From Caenispirillum bisanense (GTDB taxonomy: Bacteria > Pseudomonadota > Alphaproteobacteria > Rhodospirillales > UBA2165), in contig CAMDWJ010000016.1 in NCBI GenBank assembly GCA_945877815.1, positions 7,516 through 71,515 on the forward strand: 64,000 bases of DNA. Reading direction: 5' to 3'. Below are positions 46,360 to 56,157 of the stretch, in pieces. Made by a program: the position numbers and the translations under genes. Numbering within the stretch: position 1 is the stretch's first letter; the number at the start of each line of letters is the position of its first letter. The notes under the pieces are model-generated. The model worked only from the letters and a program-made list of their open reading frames with translations, searched no databases and was not told where the DNA came from.

Positions 46360-48714
46360 ATGATCAAACGTCGCGGTGACGGGAAAATCGGCGATGCGGT
46401 TCCGCGCCGGGAGGACCTGCGCCTCCTGCGCGGTCGGGGGCGTTATAGCGACGACATCAATGTTGAAGGCCAAGCCTATGCCATGATGGTCCGTTCACCG
46501 CACGCCCATGCGCGCATCCGCAAGATCGATTCGACCGATGCATTGAAAGTTCCAGGCGTACTGGCGGTGCTGACGGGTGCAGACGTCATTGCCGATGGCT
46601 TGAAGCCGATTCCGCACACGCCTTATCCGACTGCCGGCATGGATATCCAACTGGTCAATCGCGATGGCAGCGCACCGCCCGTTAAGTTGCCGCCTATTCT
46701 GCCGGCAGATCGCGCTCGCTTCGTTGGCGAAGCAATCGTCATGGTGATTGGCGAGACCTTGGCTGCGGCGCGCGACGGTGCCGAACAGGTGTTGGTCGAT
46801 TACGAGCCGCTTCGCGCAATCACGGCGACGCCGGACGCGATTGGGCCGGATGTTCCACTGTTGTGGGACGATCTCAAATCGAATGTCTGCATGGACGCCG
46901 ACGTCGGCAACAAAGAGGCCGCCGAGGGGGCATTTGCGCAGGCAGACTATACTGTTCGACTTGAGACATGGATTCCTCGGGTCACGGGCGTGCCCATGGA
47001 GCCGCGCGCGGCGGTTGGCGATTTCGACATGACGGCAGATAAATACACGTTGTTCGCCGGCTCGGGGGGTGTCGTGCGCCAGAAGTCGGAACTCGCCATC
47101 ATCCTCGGGGTGCCCGAGGCGCAGGTGCGGGTTGCCGCTTGGGACATCGGCGGCAATTTCGGCACGCGCAATTCCTTCTTCCCGGAATTCGCCCTGGTCG
47201 TCTGGGCGGCGAAGCGGCTCGGGCGTCCGGTTAAATGGACGGCGACGCGCGAGGAAGCCTTCCTCAGCGATTTCCAGGGGCGCGATCTCTTCGTTGAGGC
47301 CGAGTTGGCTTTGGACAAGCAAGGCAACTTCCTCGGCTTGCGTGGCTCGAATGTCAGCAATATGGGTGCCTATACGGCGTCGATGGTTCCGCTCACCAAG
47401 GGCGTTGAAATCATGACGGGTGCCTATCGCATTCCGGCCGCCTATTTCCGCGCGCGCGGCGTCATGACCAACACGCCGTGCACGGCGCCCTATCGTTCGG
47501 CCGGGCGGCCAGAGGTGATTTTTGTCATTGAACGTCTGGTCGATCTTGCCTGTCGACAGCACGGATTCGACCCAGTCGATTTGCGTCGACGCAATCTGAT
47601 TCCGGCCGATGCCATGCCCTATGAAAACGGTCTCGGCATGACCTACGACAGCGGCGATTACCGTGCTGCCCTCGAAGCCGCGATTAAACTCGGCGATTGG
47701 TCCGGGTTCGAAACGCGCAAACGGGAATCAATCGGACGTAGGAAATTACTCGGGCGGGGGCTCGCGAGTTACATGGAAACCTCAACGGGTGCCCCACGCG
47801 AGCGGGCCGAGGTGACGGTACGGCCCGAAGGCAAGATTGATCTTCTTATTGGTACCTTGTCGTCGGGGCAGGGACATGAGACCAGCTTTCCCCAACTTAT
47901 TACTGAGTTTCTCGGCATTTCCGGCGATGACGTCAATTTCATCCAAGGCGACAGCGACATCGTACCGGTCGGTGGCGGTTCTCATTCGGGCCGCTCGATG
48001 CGCCTCGCCGGTATCGTAGTCGGCAACGCGACCGAACTGATCATCGCCAAAGGCAAACAGATCGCGGCTCATATAATGGAGGCCTCCCCCGCTGATATCG
48101 AATTCTCCGATGCCCGTTTTAAAGTTGCGGGCACGGATCGCGAGATTGGTTTGTTCGAAGTGGCGAAGGCGGCAATCGAGCGCAACGATTTACCGGACGA
48201 TTTGCGCGGTCCGCTCAAGGCGGAGTCCGATATCGTGCGGCGCATTCCCTCATTTCCATACGGCTGCCACGTCTGCGAGGTCGAACTCGATCCGGAAACG
48301 GGCAAGGTCGAGGTCGTGCAATATGCGGGAGTCGACGACGTCGGCCGGGCCGTCAATCCGTTGATCCTGCATGGACAGGCGCACGGCGGCATCGTGCAGG
48401 GTTTGGGTCAGGCGATGAGCGAGCTGTGTCATTACGAGCCCAGCAGCGGGCAAATGCTGTCGGCCTCCTTCATGGATTACGCGATGTTGCGCGCGGACAA
48501 TGTTCCATCGTTCCTGACCGAAATCAGCGAGACGCCGTCACCCAACAATCCGTTGGGCATTCGCGCCGGAGGCGAGGGCGGAACGACGCCGGCGCTCGCG
48601 GTTTTCGTCAATGCCGTGGTTGACGCGCTGTCGCCCTTCGGGATCACGCATGTCGAGATGCCGACCACCTCCGCTCGCATCTGGCAGGCAATTCGCGAAT
48701 CTCGAAGCGATTGA
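46360..48714 (+). CDS. xanthine dehydrogenase family molybdopterin-binding subunit (CoxL/CutL-like)
   Basis: RSPHAHARI, GGNFG, PYRSAGRPE, QGHET, GQAHGGIVQG, GGEGG. Confidence 0.9.
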   Translation: MIKRRGDGKIGDAVPRREDLRLLRGRGRYSDDINVEGQAYAMMVRSPHAHARIRKIDSTDALKVPGVLAVLTGADVIADGLKPIPHTPYPTAGMDIQLVNRDGSAPPVKLPPILPADRARFVGEAIVMVIGETLAAARDGAEQVLVDYEPLRAITATPDAIGPDVPLLWDDLKSNVCMDADVGNKEAAEGAFAQADYTVRLETWIPRVTGVPMEPRAAVGDFDMTADKYTLFAGSGGVVRQKSELAIILGVPEAQVRVAAWDIGGNFGTRNSFFPEFALVVWAAKRLGRPVKWTATREEAFLSDFQGRDLFVEAELALDKQGNFLGLRGSNVSNMGAYTASMVPLTKGVEIMTGAYRIPAAYFRARGVMTNTPCTAPYRSAGRPEVIFVIERLVDLACRQHGFDPVDLRRRNLIPADAMPYENGLGMTYDSGDYRAALEAAIKLGDWSGFETRKRESIGRRKLLGRGLASYMETSTGAPRERAEVTVRPEGKIDLLIGTLSSGQGHETSFPQLITEFLGISGDDVNFIQGDSDIVPVGGGSHSGRSMRLAGIVVGNATELIIAKGKQIAAHIMEASPADIEFSDARFKVAGTDREIGLFEVAKAAIERNDLPDDLRGPLKAESDIVRRIPSFPYGCHVCEVELDPETGKVEVVQYAGVDDVGRAVNPLILHGQAHGGIVQGLGQAMSELCHYEPSSGQMLSASFMDYAMLRADNVPSFLTEISETPSPNNPLGIRAGGEGGTTPALAVFVNAVVDALSPFGITHVEMPTTSARIWQAIRESRSD

Positions 48715-48865
48715 TCCTAGGCCACTTTATTCTCCTTCTTGACTGGAATCGGTCACAACCCGGACGGGACCTCTTGTCTATGCTTGTGGTTGTAACAAGC
48801 AATTCCGCACTCATGGGCACACCGCACATGAGTAAAAACTTCACGATGTTCAAGGAGATACTCAG

Positions 48866-49117
48866 ATGAAACTCAATGGTTTGACCCTTGCCGCCGCGAC
48901 TGTCGCTATGCTGGGACTCGCCGCATGTGGCACCAATCCGAACGATCGCGCGCTCAGCGGTGCCGGTCTTGGCGCCGGTGCGGGTGCCGCCATCGGTGCC
49001 GTGACCGGTGGTAGTGTGGTTGGTGGCGCGCTTCTGGGTGCCGCCGGCGGCGCCGCTGCCGGATATCTAACCGATTCGGATAAGATCAATCTCGGCAAGC
49101 CGGCCTGGGATCGTTGA
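48866..49117 (+). CDS. glycine-zipper lipoprotein
   Basis: Lipobox LAAC; GAGLGAGAGAAIG...GALLGAAGG; RBS AAGGAG. Confidence 0.85.
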   Translation: MKLNGLTLAAATVAMLGLAACGTNPNDRALSGAGLGAGAGAAIGAVTGGSVVGGALLGAAGGAAAGYLTDSDKINLGKPAWDR

Positions 49118-49256
49118 ACGAGAGGCCTCTGATGGCCCCGTAAAGGCAGACATTCAACGATACCCGATGTTCGAGCCTAAGCTTGATCAAAAATTGTCAC
49201 ACTCACGAGAGCCTCGAATAGCTGTAAAAATCGGGTAACTCTGAAGGAGATTTCTT

Positions 49257-49505
49257 ATGAAACGCAACGGTTTGACGATTGCCCTAACGACGATTGCCAT
49301 GTTGGGTCTCGCGGGTTGCGGCACCAAATCGGGCGAACGTGCGGTCAGTGGTGCGGGTCTTGGCGCCGGTGCAGGTGCTGTCATCGGCGCCCTGACCGGC
49401 GTCAGCGTCCTCAACGGCGCTCTGTTGGGCGCTGCAGTTGGCGGCGCGGCGGGTCTGATCTCGGATCCGAATAAGGTTAACCTCGGCAAGCCCGCCTGGG
49501 AATAA
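49257..49505 (+). CDS. glycine-zipper lipoprotein, tandem paralog
   Basis: Lipobox LAGC; same zipper and NLGKPAW tail; RBS AAGGAG. Confidence 0.85.
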   Translation: MKRNGLTIALTTIAMLGLAGCGTKSGERAVSGAGLGAGAGAVIGALTGVSVLNGALLGAAVGGAAGLISDPNKVNLGKPAWE

Positions 49506-49561
49506 TATCTCCAGCGGATAGAGGCTCGCGCCCCAAGGAACGCCCGGCTACCCTAAGGGGT

Positions 49562-50626
49562 ATGCGCGGGCGTTCTTTTATGCGATGGCTGTTAGTGGGC
49601 CTTGTAACGATTGCTCTCGGCGTGGGGGTGGTTGTCTATATGCGCGCTTCGCTGGTACGCGTCGCTGTTATGGCGATGCTGGAACGAGCCGGCATCCCGG
49701 TCCGCACACTCGATGTCGGGTCGGTGAAGCCAGACGGATTGGTTCTCGACAGCATTGCCATTGGCGGCCTGACCGGTCCGAATGCGCGGAACGTTCGCAT
49801 CTTCTGGACGGCTGAAACCTTGGCCGCGCGCCGCGTTGTTCGCGTGGAGATCGGCGAGTTGGAAGTCTCGCTCACTTACGCCGAAGGTGTGTTGAACGTG
49901 AATGGCCTGGCGCTCCCGACGGGCGGACCCGGCAATGCTGCCGCATTCGACCGCTTGGATATTGCGTCGGTAAAAATTTTAGCGACGACCCCATGGGGGC
50001 AAGCGGCGGCAACGGGCAATGCCGGAATCGTCTCCGGTACTGGCGGGATGACGCCTGCCCGCATTGGCCTTGCGACCGCTACGTTCGAATTGGCAGGCGG
50101 GCGATTGTCGCTGTCCGATATCGTTTTCGAGCTGAACAAGTCGGTCGACGGGACTTTAATGTTAGAGCGGGTCGATCTGCAGGCTCTGTTCAACTTGATC
50201 GATGTGGAAGGTTTATCCGGGTCCGGGTCGATTTCCGGAGCGCTTCCCATTCGCCTCGATGGAGCCGGCGTGCGTATTTCGGACGGCAAGCTGGCTGCGA
50301 CAGAGCCGGGCATCTTGAGGTATTTGGGCGATGCCCTACCGCACGACGTTCCTGGCGCAGACGACAAGGCATCGGATGCCATCGATTTGACGCGGGTAGC
50401 CTTGGCCGATTTTCATTATAGCGCGCTGTTGCTTGGGCTCGAGCGCGCGGCGTCGGGCGATGGAAGTCTGACGGCCAGGATCGAAGGCTCAAATCCAAAT
50501 GTCTTGGACAATCATCCCTTCATCGTGAACATCCGTCTCGACGCCAACTTCGATACGCTCGCCGAAATCCTCCTCGACGGTTACGCGATGGCCGAGCAAT
50601 TATTGCGGGGCAGGTTGGCGCGCTAG
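49562..50626 (+). CDS. ydbH: YdbH-like (AsmA-like) intermembrane lipid transport protein, unusually short
   Basis: N-terminal TM; C-terminal GLSGSGSISGALPI...ALADFHYSAL...IEGSNP...NI; synteny with ynbE and ydbL. Confidence 0.75.
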   Translation: MRGRSFMRWLLVGLVTIALGVGVVVYMRASLVRVAVMAMLERAGIPVRTLDVGSVKPDGLVLDSIAIGGLTGPNARNVRIFWTAETLAARRVVRVEIGELEVSLTYAEGVLNVNGLALPTGGPGNAAAFDRLDIASVKILATTPWGQAAATGNAGIVSGTGGMTPARIGLATATFELAGGRLSLSDIVFELNKSVDGTLMLERVDLQALFNLIDVEGLSGSGSISGALPIRLDGAGVRISDGKLAATEPGILRYLGDALPHDVPGADDKASDAIDLTRVALADFHYSALLLGLERAASGDGSLTARIEGSNPNVLDNHPFIVNIRLDANFDTLAEILLDGYAMAEQLLRGRLAR

Positions 50627-50647
50627 CTGTATCCTGTATGAAGGTGT

Positions 50648-50851
50648 ATGGTAACTCGCATGGCATATTATCGAACCATCTTTGGGGGTTTGGCCCTCTT
50701 ACTGGTGTTCTCGGCTTGTACGCCGACCGTGAAGGTCGAGGCGCCACGCGAGCCGATCACGATCAATCTGAATATTAAGCTCGATGCCGAGGTTCGCTTG
50801 CGTGTCGAGGAACGGGCCAAGGAAGATGTTAAGAATAAGCCTATTTTTTAG
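50648..50851 (+). CDS. ynbE: YnbE family lipoprotein
   Basis: Lipobox FSAC, TPTVKVEAPREPITINLNIKLD...DIF-like end. Confidence 0.85.
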   Translation: MVTRMAYYRTIFGGLALLLVFSACTPTVKVEAPREPITINLNIKLDAEVRLRVEERAKEDVKNKPIF

Positions 50852-51164
50852 ACTGACTGCTGCCGCCCTCGTCCTGATCGCGCTGGCCGGTGGCGCTTTC
50901 GCGCAGAGCCAGCTCCTGAACGGTCCGCGCGCGGCCGGTAGCGTGGGCGAGCGTTATGACGGTTTGGCCGTCGTACGCAGCAGTGGCGATGCGGCCTTGG
51001 TCGACAGCATCAATACCGAGCGGCGCAAGGTTTATGCCGAGCGTGCCCAAAAGGAAAACGTGCCCGTCGATCAGATCGCTCGGGTCTATGCGGCCGAAAT
51101 ATTGAAGTCCGCGCCTGCGGGAACATGGTTCCTGAAGGAAGATGGTCAGTGGATCCGCAAGTAA
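50826..51164 (+). CDS. ydbL: YdbL / DUF1318 family protein
   Basis: Signal peptide; VGERYDGL, INTERRKVY, APAGTWF...GQWIRK. Confidence 0.85.
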   Translation: MLRISLFFRLTAAALVLIALAGGAFAQSQLLNGPRAAGSVGERYDGLAVVRSSGDAALVDSINTERRKVYAERAQKENVPVDQIARVYAAEILKSAPAGTWFLKEDGQWIRK

Positions 51165-51978
51165 CGGTCGGTCGGCAATAAGCCTCGTATCGACTATTTA
51201 CGGGACAACTCGTCCCGCGCCGCCGATCCGCGTCGATCGGAATACCCCCAGTTTATTGCTGACCCTTATTGCGGCGATCTTGCTGCATGCCGTTGTCATC
51301 TCTGCGTTGCTGGTGAAGTTGCCGGACAGAGGCCCGCCGATCGAGCCGCCGCCAATCACTGTCGAACTGGTAAACGAGCCGCCGCCGGCCACCGAGACGC
51401 AAGAAACTCGGAAACCGCCACCCCAGAAATTTCGGGAATCCGGGGGCGATCCGGACTTGGCGCCGGGCCGGGTTCCCGAGACGGATCGTATTGATCCCAC
51501 ACCCAACGATTCGCGTCGGCAATCCGTCAACGAGGCCACCCCCCCGCCGGCTCAACCGCGCAGCGATCCGGCATTGGCGTTGGAACTACCGTCGCGCAAG
51601 CCAGTACCGAAGGCGGCGACGGCCCCGCCAGCGAAGACAGCCGAGCAATCAAAGCTCTCGTCCCGACAGGCGGTCGGCGAGGGCGGCGGCGATCGCTATC
51701 TCAATGAGATCCGCGATAAGATCGAGGAGCAGCGCGTTTACCCCGCGATTGCGGGCCCCATGCAGCTATCGGGCTACGCCTCCTTCGAGCTTATGCTTGG
51801 CCGCAGTGGCGATTTGTTGCGGTTGCGGCTGATGAAGAGTTCTGGGATTGGACCTTTGGACCAGGTGGGTATCGGAATGATCCAACGCGCGGCGCCATTC
51901 CCGCCCCTTCCGGCGTATTTTCCCGGGGAATTTCTCCCCGTCGACCTCGTCATGTATCTCGGGCCTAGGTCTGAGTAA
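51142..51978 (+). CDS. TonB-like energy transducer
   Basis: TM with His (AAILLH), Pro-rich linker, C-terminal YP..A...SSG..PLD..AAPFPPLP; start uncertain. Confidence 0.75.
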   Translation: MVSGSASNGRSAISLVSTIYGTTRPAPPIRVDRNTPSLLLTLIAAILLHAVVISALLVKLPDRGPPIEPPPITVELVNEPPPATETQETRKPPPQKFRESGGDPDLAPGRVPETDRIDPTPNDSRRQSVNEATPPPAQPRSDPALALELPSRKPVPKAATAPPAKTAEQSKLSSRQAVGEGGGDRYLNEIRDKIEEQRVYPAIAGPMQLSGYASFELMLGRSGDLLRLRLMKSSGIGPLDQVGIGMIQRAAPFPPLPAYFPGEFLPVDLVMYLGPRSE

Positions 51979-52062
51979 TCGGTGGACCCGCGTTCTGCTG
52001 TGGACAAGCGGCAGTCCTCGGTGGGACAATTTCCCATAATAATAAGTTTGGGAGATTTCACG

Positions 52063-53085
52063 ATGAAGGCCCTCGTCTCGTCTTTGCTTCTGTCGACCTT
52101 TTTGGCGCTTCTAAGCGTGCCGTCCTCGGCGCAATCGCTGGCCGAGTTCTACAAGGACAAAAAGCTCAACATGATTATCGGCTTCGGGCCGGGCGGCGGG
52201 TACGATCAGTGGGCCCGTGTCGTCGCGCGTCACATGGGCAAGCATATCCCGGGCAATCCGACCTTCGTGCCGCAGAACATGCCGGGTGCCGGCAGTCTGA
52301 CGGCGGCCAATCATATCTACAGCGTGGCGCCCAAGGACGGCACGACGATCGGAATCATCGCGCGCGATGCGCCACTGGCGCCGCTCACCGGAGCCGAAGG
52401 CGGACGCTTCGATGCGCTCAAATTTACGTGGCTCGGCAGTCCGACGGCGGAGACCAATGTCTGCATCGCGCACAAGAATTCGGGCATGAAGATACTGGCC
52501 GACGTGCAGGCGAAGGAGTTGATTATCGGAGATACCGGCCCTGGCACTGGCACCTATACCTATCCACGCGTACTCAATGCGATTCTCGGCACCAAGTTCA
52601 AGGTTGTCGGCGGGTTCCCGGCCTCTTCGGACGTGTTCCTTGCGATGGAGCGTGGCGAAGTGCACGGCATCTGCGAAAGTTATGACAGCGTAATGGGCAA
52701 GAAGCCGGATTGGATCAAGGACGGCACCGTAAACGTACTGGTTCAGGGCGGCGCGGAACCCAATCCGCATCTCAAGGCGCCGTTCATCTTCGATCTCGCC
52801 AAGACCGACGAGCAGAAACAGGCGCTGGTCTTCGTCTATTCGGGCCAGGGCATCGGACGTCCGTTCGTGGCGCCGCCGGATATGCCGGCCGACCGCGTGA
52901 AGGTGCTTCAAGCGGCCTTCGACGCAACGATGAAGGATCCCGAATTCATCGCCGATGCGGCCAAGCAGAAGCTCGAAGTCGAGCCGGTTCCGGGCGATAG
53001 GCTTGCTGCGATCCTGAAATCGATCTACGCGACGCCGAAGCCGATCATCGATCGGATCGCGAAAATTCTCGAAGATACGAAATAG
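52063..53085 (+). CDS. Bug/TctC tripartite tricarboxylate transporter substrate-binding protein
   Basis: GFGPGGGYD, NMPGAGS, PKDGTTI, AMERGEV. Confidence 0.88.
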   Translation: MKALVSSLLLSTFLALLSVPSSAQSLAEFYKDKKLNMIIGFGPGGGYDQWARVVARHMGKHIPGNPTFVPQNMPGAGSLTAANHIYSVAPKDGTTIGIIARDAPLAPLTGAEGGRFDALKFTWLGSPTAETNVCIAHKNSGMKILADVQAKELIIGDTGPGTGTYTYPRVLNAILGTKFKVVGGFPASSDVFLAMERGEVHGICESYDSVMGKKPDWIKDGTVNVLVQGGAEPNPHLKAPFIFDLAKTDEQKQALVFVYSGQGIGRPFVAPPDMPADRVKVLQAAFDATMKDPEFIADAAKQKLEVEPVPGDRLAAILKSIYATPKPIIDRIAKILEDTK

Positions 53086-53105
53086 AGACGGTGGTGCCGC
53101 TCGAT

Positions 53106-53903
53106 CTATAGACCGAGCGGCCCCCAACCGATGGGTTTGCAGGCCTTTTCGACGTTCTGTTTGCCCGGCAATTTCTCATCCCACACCTTCGCATCGATAC
53201 GCTTGGCGGTGATGCCGTCCGCTTCGTCGGATGCGAACCAGGCGACGGCCGGTCCCATCACGCTGGGCTGCAGTAGGTCTTCGCGTTTCATCCCTGGCCG
53301 ATCGGGCACCAGGCGGGTATCCACCATGCCGCCCGGCGTGATCGCGTTGACGGTGATGCCGCTGTCCTTGAGATCGATTGCTAGGCCCGCCGTGAAGGCT
53401 TCGCTCGCGGCTTTAGCGCCGCCGTAGGCGGTGAAGCTGGGACGCATCATCACCGCAAAGTCCGTGACCACTGTCAGGATGCGGCCGCGGCCTTGCGCCC
53501 GCATGGTCGGGATTACGGCCGCTGCCAAACGGAGCGGCGCGATTGAATGGACCGCGAAGAATTCCATCAAATTATGCGGCGGCACGTCCCACGGATGCAG
53601 CGGGTTCGTCGCATAATCCGTGCGGATGGTCTGCTGTCCGATGCCGGCATTGTTGACCAGCATGTCGATCCGCCCGAAGGCGGATTTACATGTCTCCGCG
53701 ATCCGGGTGCGTTCTTCATCGCGGGTTACATCGGCGTTCAGATGCTGGATTCGTCCTTCTGGGATTCCCGGCTCGCCGACCGGTTCGCCGTCGATATCCA
53801 CCACCAATACATTGGCGCCCGCGCGCGCGAGTGCGATCACCATCGCACGGCCGAGGCCGCGCGATCCGCCGGTGACGATGCAAGCCTTACCTGCGAGGTT
53901 CAT
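53106..53903 (-). CDS. short-chain dehydrogenase/reductase
   Basis: TGGSRGLG, VNNAG, YGGAK. Confidence 0.9.
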   Translation of the reverse strand: MNLAGKACIVTGGSRGLGRAMVIALARAGANVLVVDIDGEPVGEPGIPEGRIQHLNADVTRDEERTRIAETCKSAFGRIDMLVNNAGIGQQTIRTDYATNPLHPWDVPPHNLMEFFAVHSIAPLRLAAAVIPTMRAQGRGRILTVVTDFAVMMRPSFTAYGGAKAASEAFTAGLAIDLKDSGITVNAITPGGMVDTRLVPDRPGMKREDLLQPSVMGPAVAWFASDEADGITAKRIDAKVWDEKLPGKQNVEKACKPIGWGPLGL

Positions 53904-53906
53904 TGT

Positions 53907-55004
53907 TTATTTCCGCATAACCTCTTTGAATATTTTCACGACAGCTTCGACTTCCTTTTCGCCATCCTCAGTCGCGACCCAAACGTATTGCTCCGGCTTG
54001 GAGAAATCCGGCAAATCCTCGCCGTGGTTAGGGGCCGGCGCGACATCCTTGCGCATGCTGATCGCGCCGTTTGCGTTATATTTTGCCCATTCCTGGACGA
54101 AGAGCGCCTGACCTTCTTTACTCAGCAGCCAGTTGACAAAAATTTTCGTTGCTTCTGGATTCGGCGCATTCTTGAAAACCGACAGTCCACGTGACGAGGC
54201 CGCGGCCAATCCGCGGATCGGCTCAATGTTCTTGCATCCCCCATCGACGATACATTGCGAATAGGACGTACTTTGCATGCCGATCGCGAGTGTCGCGCCG
54301 CCACGCAAAATCGCCGTGTCTATCTGCTGTGGATTGTCGAGAACGCGGGGATCCATCTCCGTGAGGAACGTTCTCAGAAAGTCAGCGCCCTTCGCTTTGT
54401 AAATGGGTGCCAGTGCCCATGCGCCGGCATTCGGCTGGGATGCATCGCGCAACACGATTTTCCCCTTGATTTTCGGATTAAGCATATCGTTCGGGAAGAT
54501 GCTCTTCACTTCGGGCACGACGCTGACGTTGTGATAAGCCGATACGGTCACTTCGTGCGAATGGGTGAACACGAAGCGCTTCGCATCGCCATAGATGTAG
54601 TTGGGATGCCGCCAATTCGAAACTTCCTTAACTTCGGGAAGGATTAGAAAGGGCTCAAACGGCTGAAGCATGCCGGCGGGGGCTGCGACCCCAACCATAT
54701 TCGACGTGGTTGCCCACCATATATCCCAAAGATATTGACCGTTGCCTTGCTCCGTTCTGACGCGTGGCAGGATAACGGTCGGTCGGGCTGCGGATGCCTC
54801 GACCTTGATCCCGAATTTCTTCGTGAATTCCTCGATGACTGCGTCGAAGCCTTTATTGCCCTGATTGACCATGACGAGAGTCTGAGTTTTGGCTTTAGCG
54901 AGGGTTGCATTCCATTCCGGGTTGGCATTCTGCGCCTCCACGACGGACGGAAATGCTAACAGCAGTGCGAGTGCGCCAAGCACCCGATGTTTGATCGAAG
55001 ACAT
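53907..55004 (-). CDS. ABC substrate-binding protein (array copy 5, 365 aa)
   Basis: Signal peptide; QYLWDIWW, KNAPNPEATKIFVNWLLSKEGQ; RBS AAGGAG. Confidence 0.88.
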   Translation of the reverse strand: MSSIKHRVLGALALLLAFPSVVEAQNANPEWNATLAKAKTQTLVMVNQGNKGFDAVIEEFTKKFGIKVEASAARPTVILPRVRTEQGNGQYLWDIWWATTSNMVGVAAPAGMLQPFEPFLILPEVKEVSNWRHPNYIYGDAKRFVFTHSHEVTVSAYHNVSVVPEVKSIFPNDMLNPKIKGKIVLRDASQPNAGAWALAPIYKAKGADFLRTFLTEMDPRVLDNPQQIDTAILRGGATLAIGMQSTSYSQCIVDGGCKNIEPIRGLAAASSRGLSVFKNAPNPEATKIFVNWLLSKEGQALFVQEWAKYNANGAISMRKDVAPAPNHGEDLPDFSKPEQYVWVATEDGEKEVEAVVKIFKEVMRK

Positions 55005-55031
55005 GTTGAACTCCTTGTCGAATATGGGGCA

Positions 55032-56129
55032 CTATTTGCCGGTTACTTGCTTGAATATCTTCACGACCGCATCGACTTCCGCGGCTCCGTCCTGCGTGGC
55101 GACCCAAACATAGTCGTCCGCGCGCGAGAAATCGGGCACATGCTCCACGTGATCGGGATGCGGCTCTACATCCTTACGCATACTAATGGCACCCGATAAA
55201 CTGGATGCGGCCCATTCTTTTACCCAAAGGGTTTGGCCTTCCTTGCTGAGCACCCAATTCAGGAAGATCTTCGTTGCTTCCGGATTGGGTGCGTTTTTAA
55301 AGACCGACAATCCGCGAGAGGCAATATTCGCAAAACCTGGGAGGGGTCTGATATTCTTGCAACCGCCGTCCTTCACGCACTGCGAATAGGCCGAACGTTG
55401 CATGCCGAGTGCGATCGCGGCGCCGCCACGCATGATCGCGCTATCGATCTGTTGCGGATTATCAAGTACGCGCGGCTCCTGGTCTTTGAGGAGTTTGGTC
55501 ACAAAATCGCCGCCTTTCACCCGGTAGAGCGGGGCAAGCGACCATGAGCCGGCATTCGGTTGAGAGGCATCCCGCATCACGATTTTCCCCTTGAGCCTGG
55601 GATCGAGCAACTGCCCGATGTCGTCGGAGTTCAACTCCTTCTCGACGTCTATGTTGCGATAGGCGGAAAAAGAAACCTCGTGTGAGTGCGTGAAGACCAG
55701 TTTGCCCGCATCGCCCCAAATATATTTCGGGTGGCGCCACTGCGCGATATCCTTGATCTCTGGCAGCATCAAGAACGGTTCCATCGGCTGCAGCATGCCC
55801 GCTGGCCCCGCGACGCCAGTCATGTTCGACGTCGAGGACCACCAGAGATCCCAGATGTACTGGCCGTTGGCTTGCTCGGTCTTCACGCGCGGCAGGATCA
55901 CCGTCGGTCGCGCGACGGTCGCGTTAACCTTGATGCCGTATTTCTCGGTGAAGGCGCTAATCATCTTTTCGTAGGTAGGTTCGCCCTGGTTGACGATGAA
56001 GAGAGTCTGGGTCTTGGCCTTAGCCAGTGTCGCATTCCATTCCGCGCTGGTCGATTGGGCGTAGAGTTCCGTGTTCGTTACGGCCAGAACTGCGAGGACG
56101 CCAAGCGTCCCTTTAATGATTCGTGACAA
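55032..56129 (-). CDS. ABC substrate-binding protein (array copy 4, 365 aa)
   Basis: Paralog of its neighbours; TTG start with AAGGA RBS. Confidence 0.88.
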   Translation of the reverse strand: MSRIIKGTLGVLAVLAVTNTELYAQSTSAEWNATLAKAKTQTLFIVNQGEPTYEKMISAFTEKYGIKVNATVARPTVILPRVKTEQANGQYIWDLWWSSTSNMTGVAGPAGMLQPMEPFLMLPEIKDIAQWRHPKYIWGDAGKLVFTHSHEVSFSAYRNIDVEKELNSDDIGQLLDPRLKGKIVMRDASQPNAGSWSLAPLYRVKGGDFVTKLLKDQEPRVLDNPQQIDSAIMRGGAAIALGMQRSAYSQCVKDGGCKNIRPLPGFANIASRGLSVFKNAPNPEATKIFLNWVLSKEGQTLWVKEWAASSLSGAISMRKDVEPHPDHVEHVPDFSRADDYVWVATQDGAAEVDAVVKIFKQVTGK

Positions 56130-56157
56130 TGCATTTATCCTTATTCGTCGAGACTGA

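Noticed and set aside
46360-48714. True aerobic CO dehydrogenase (coxL form I)
   Set aside because: It lacks AYRCSFR and has no coxMS or accessory genes nearby.
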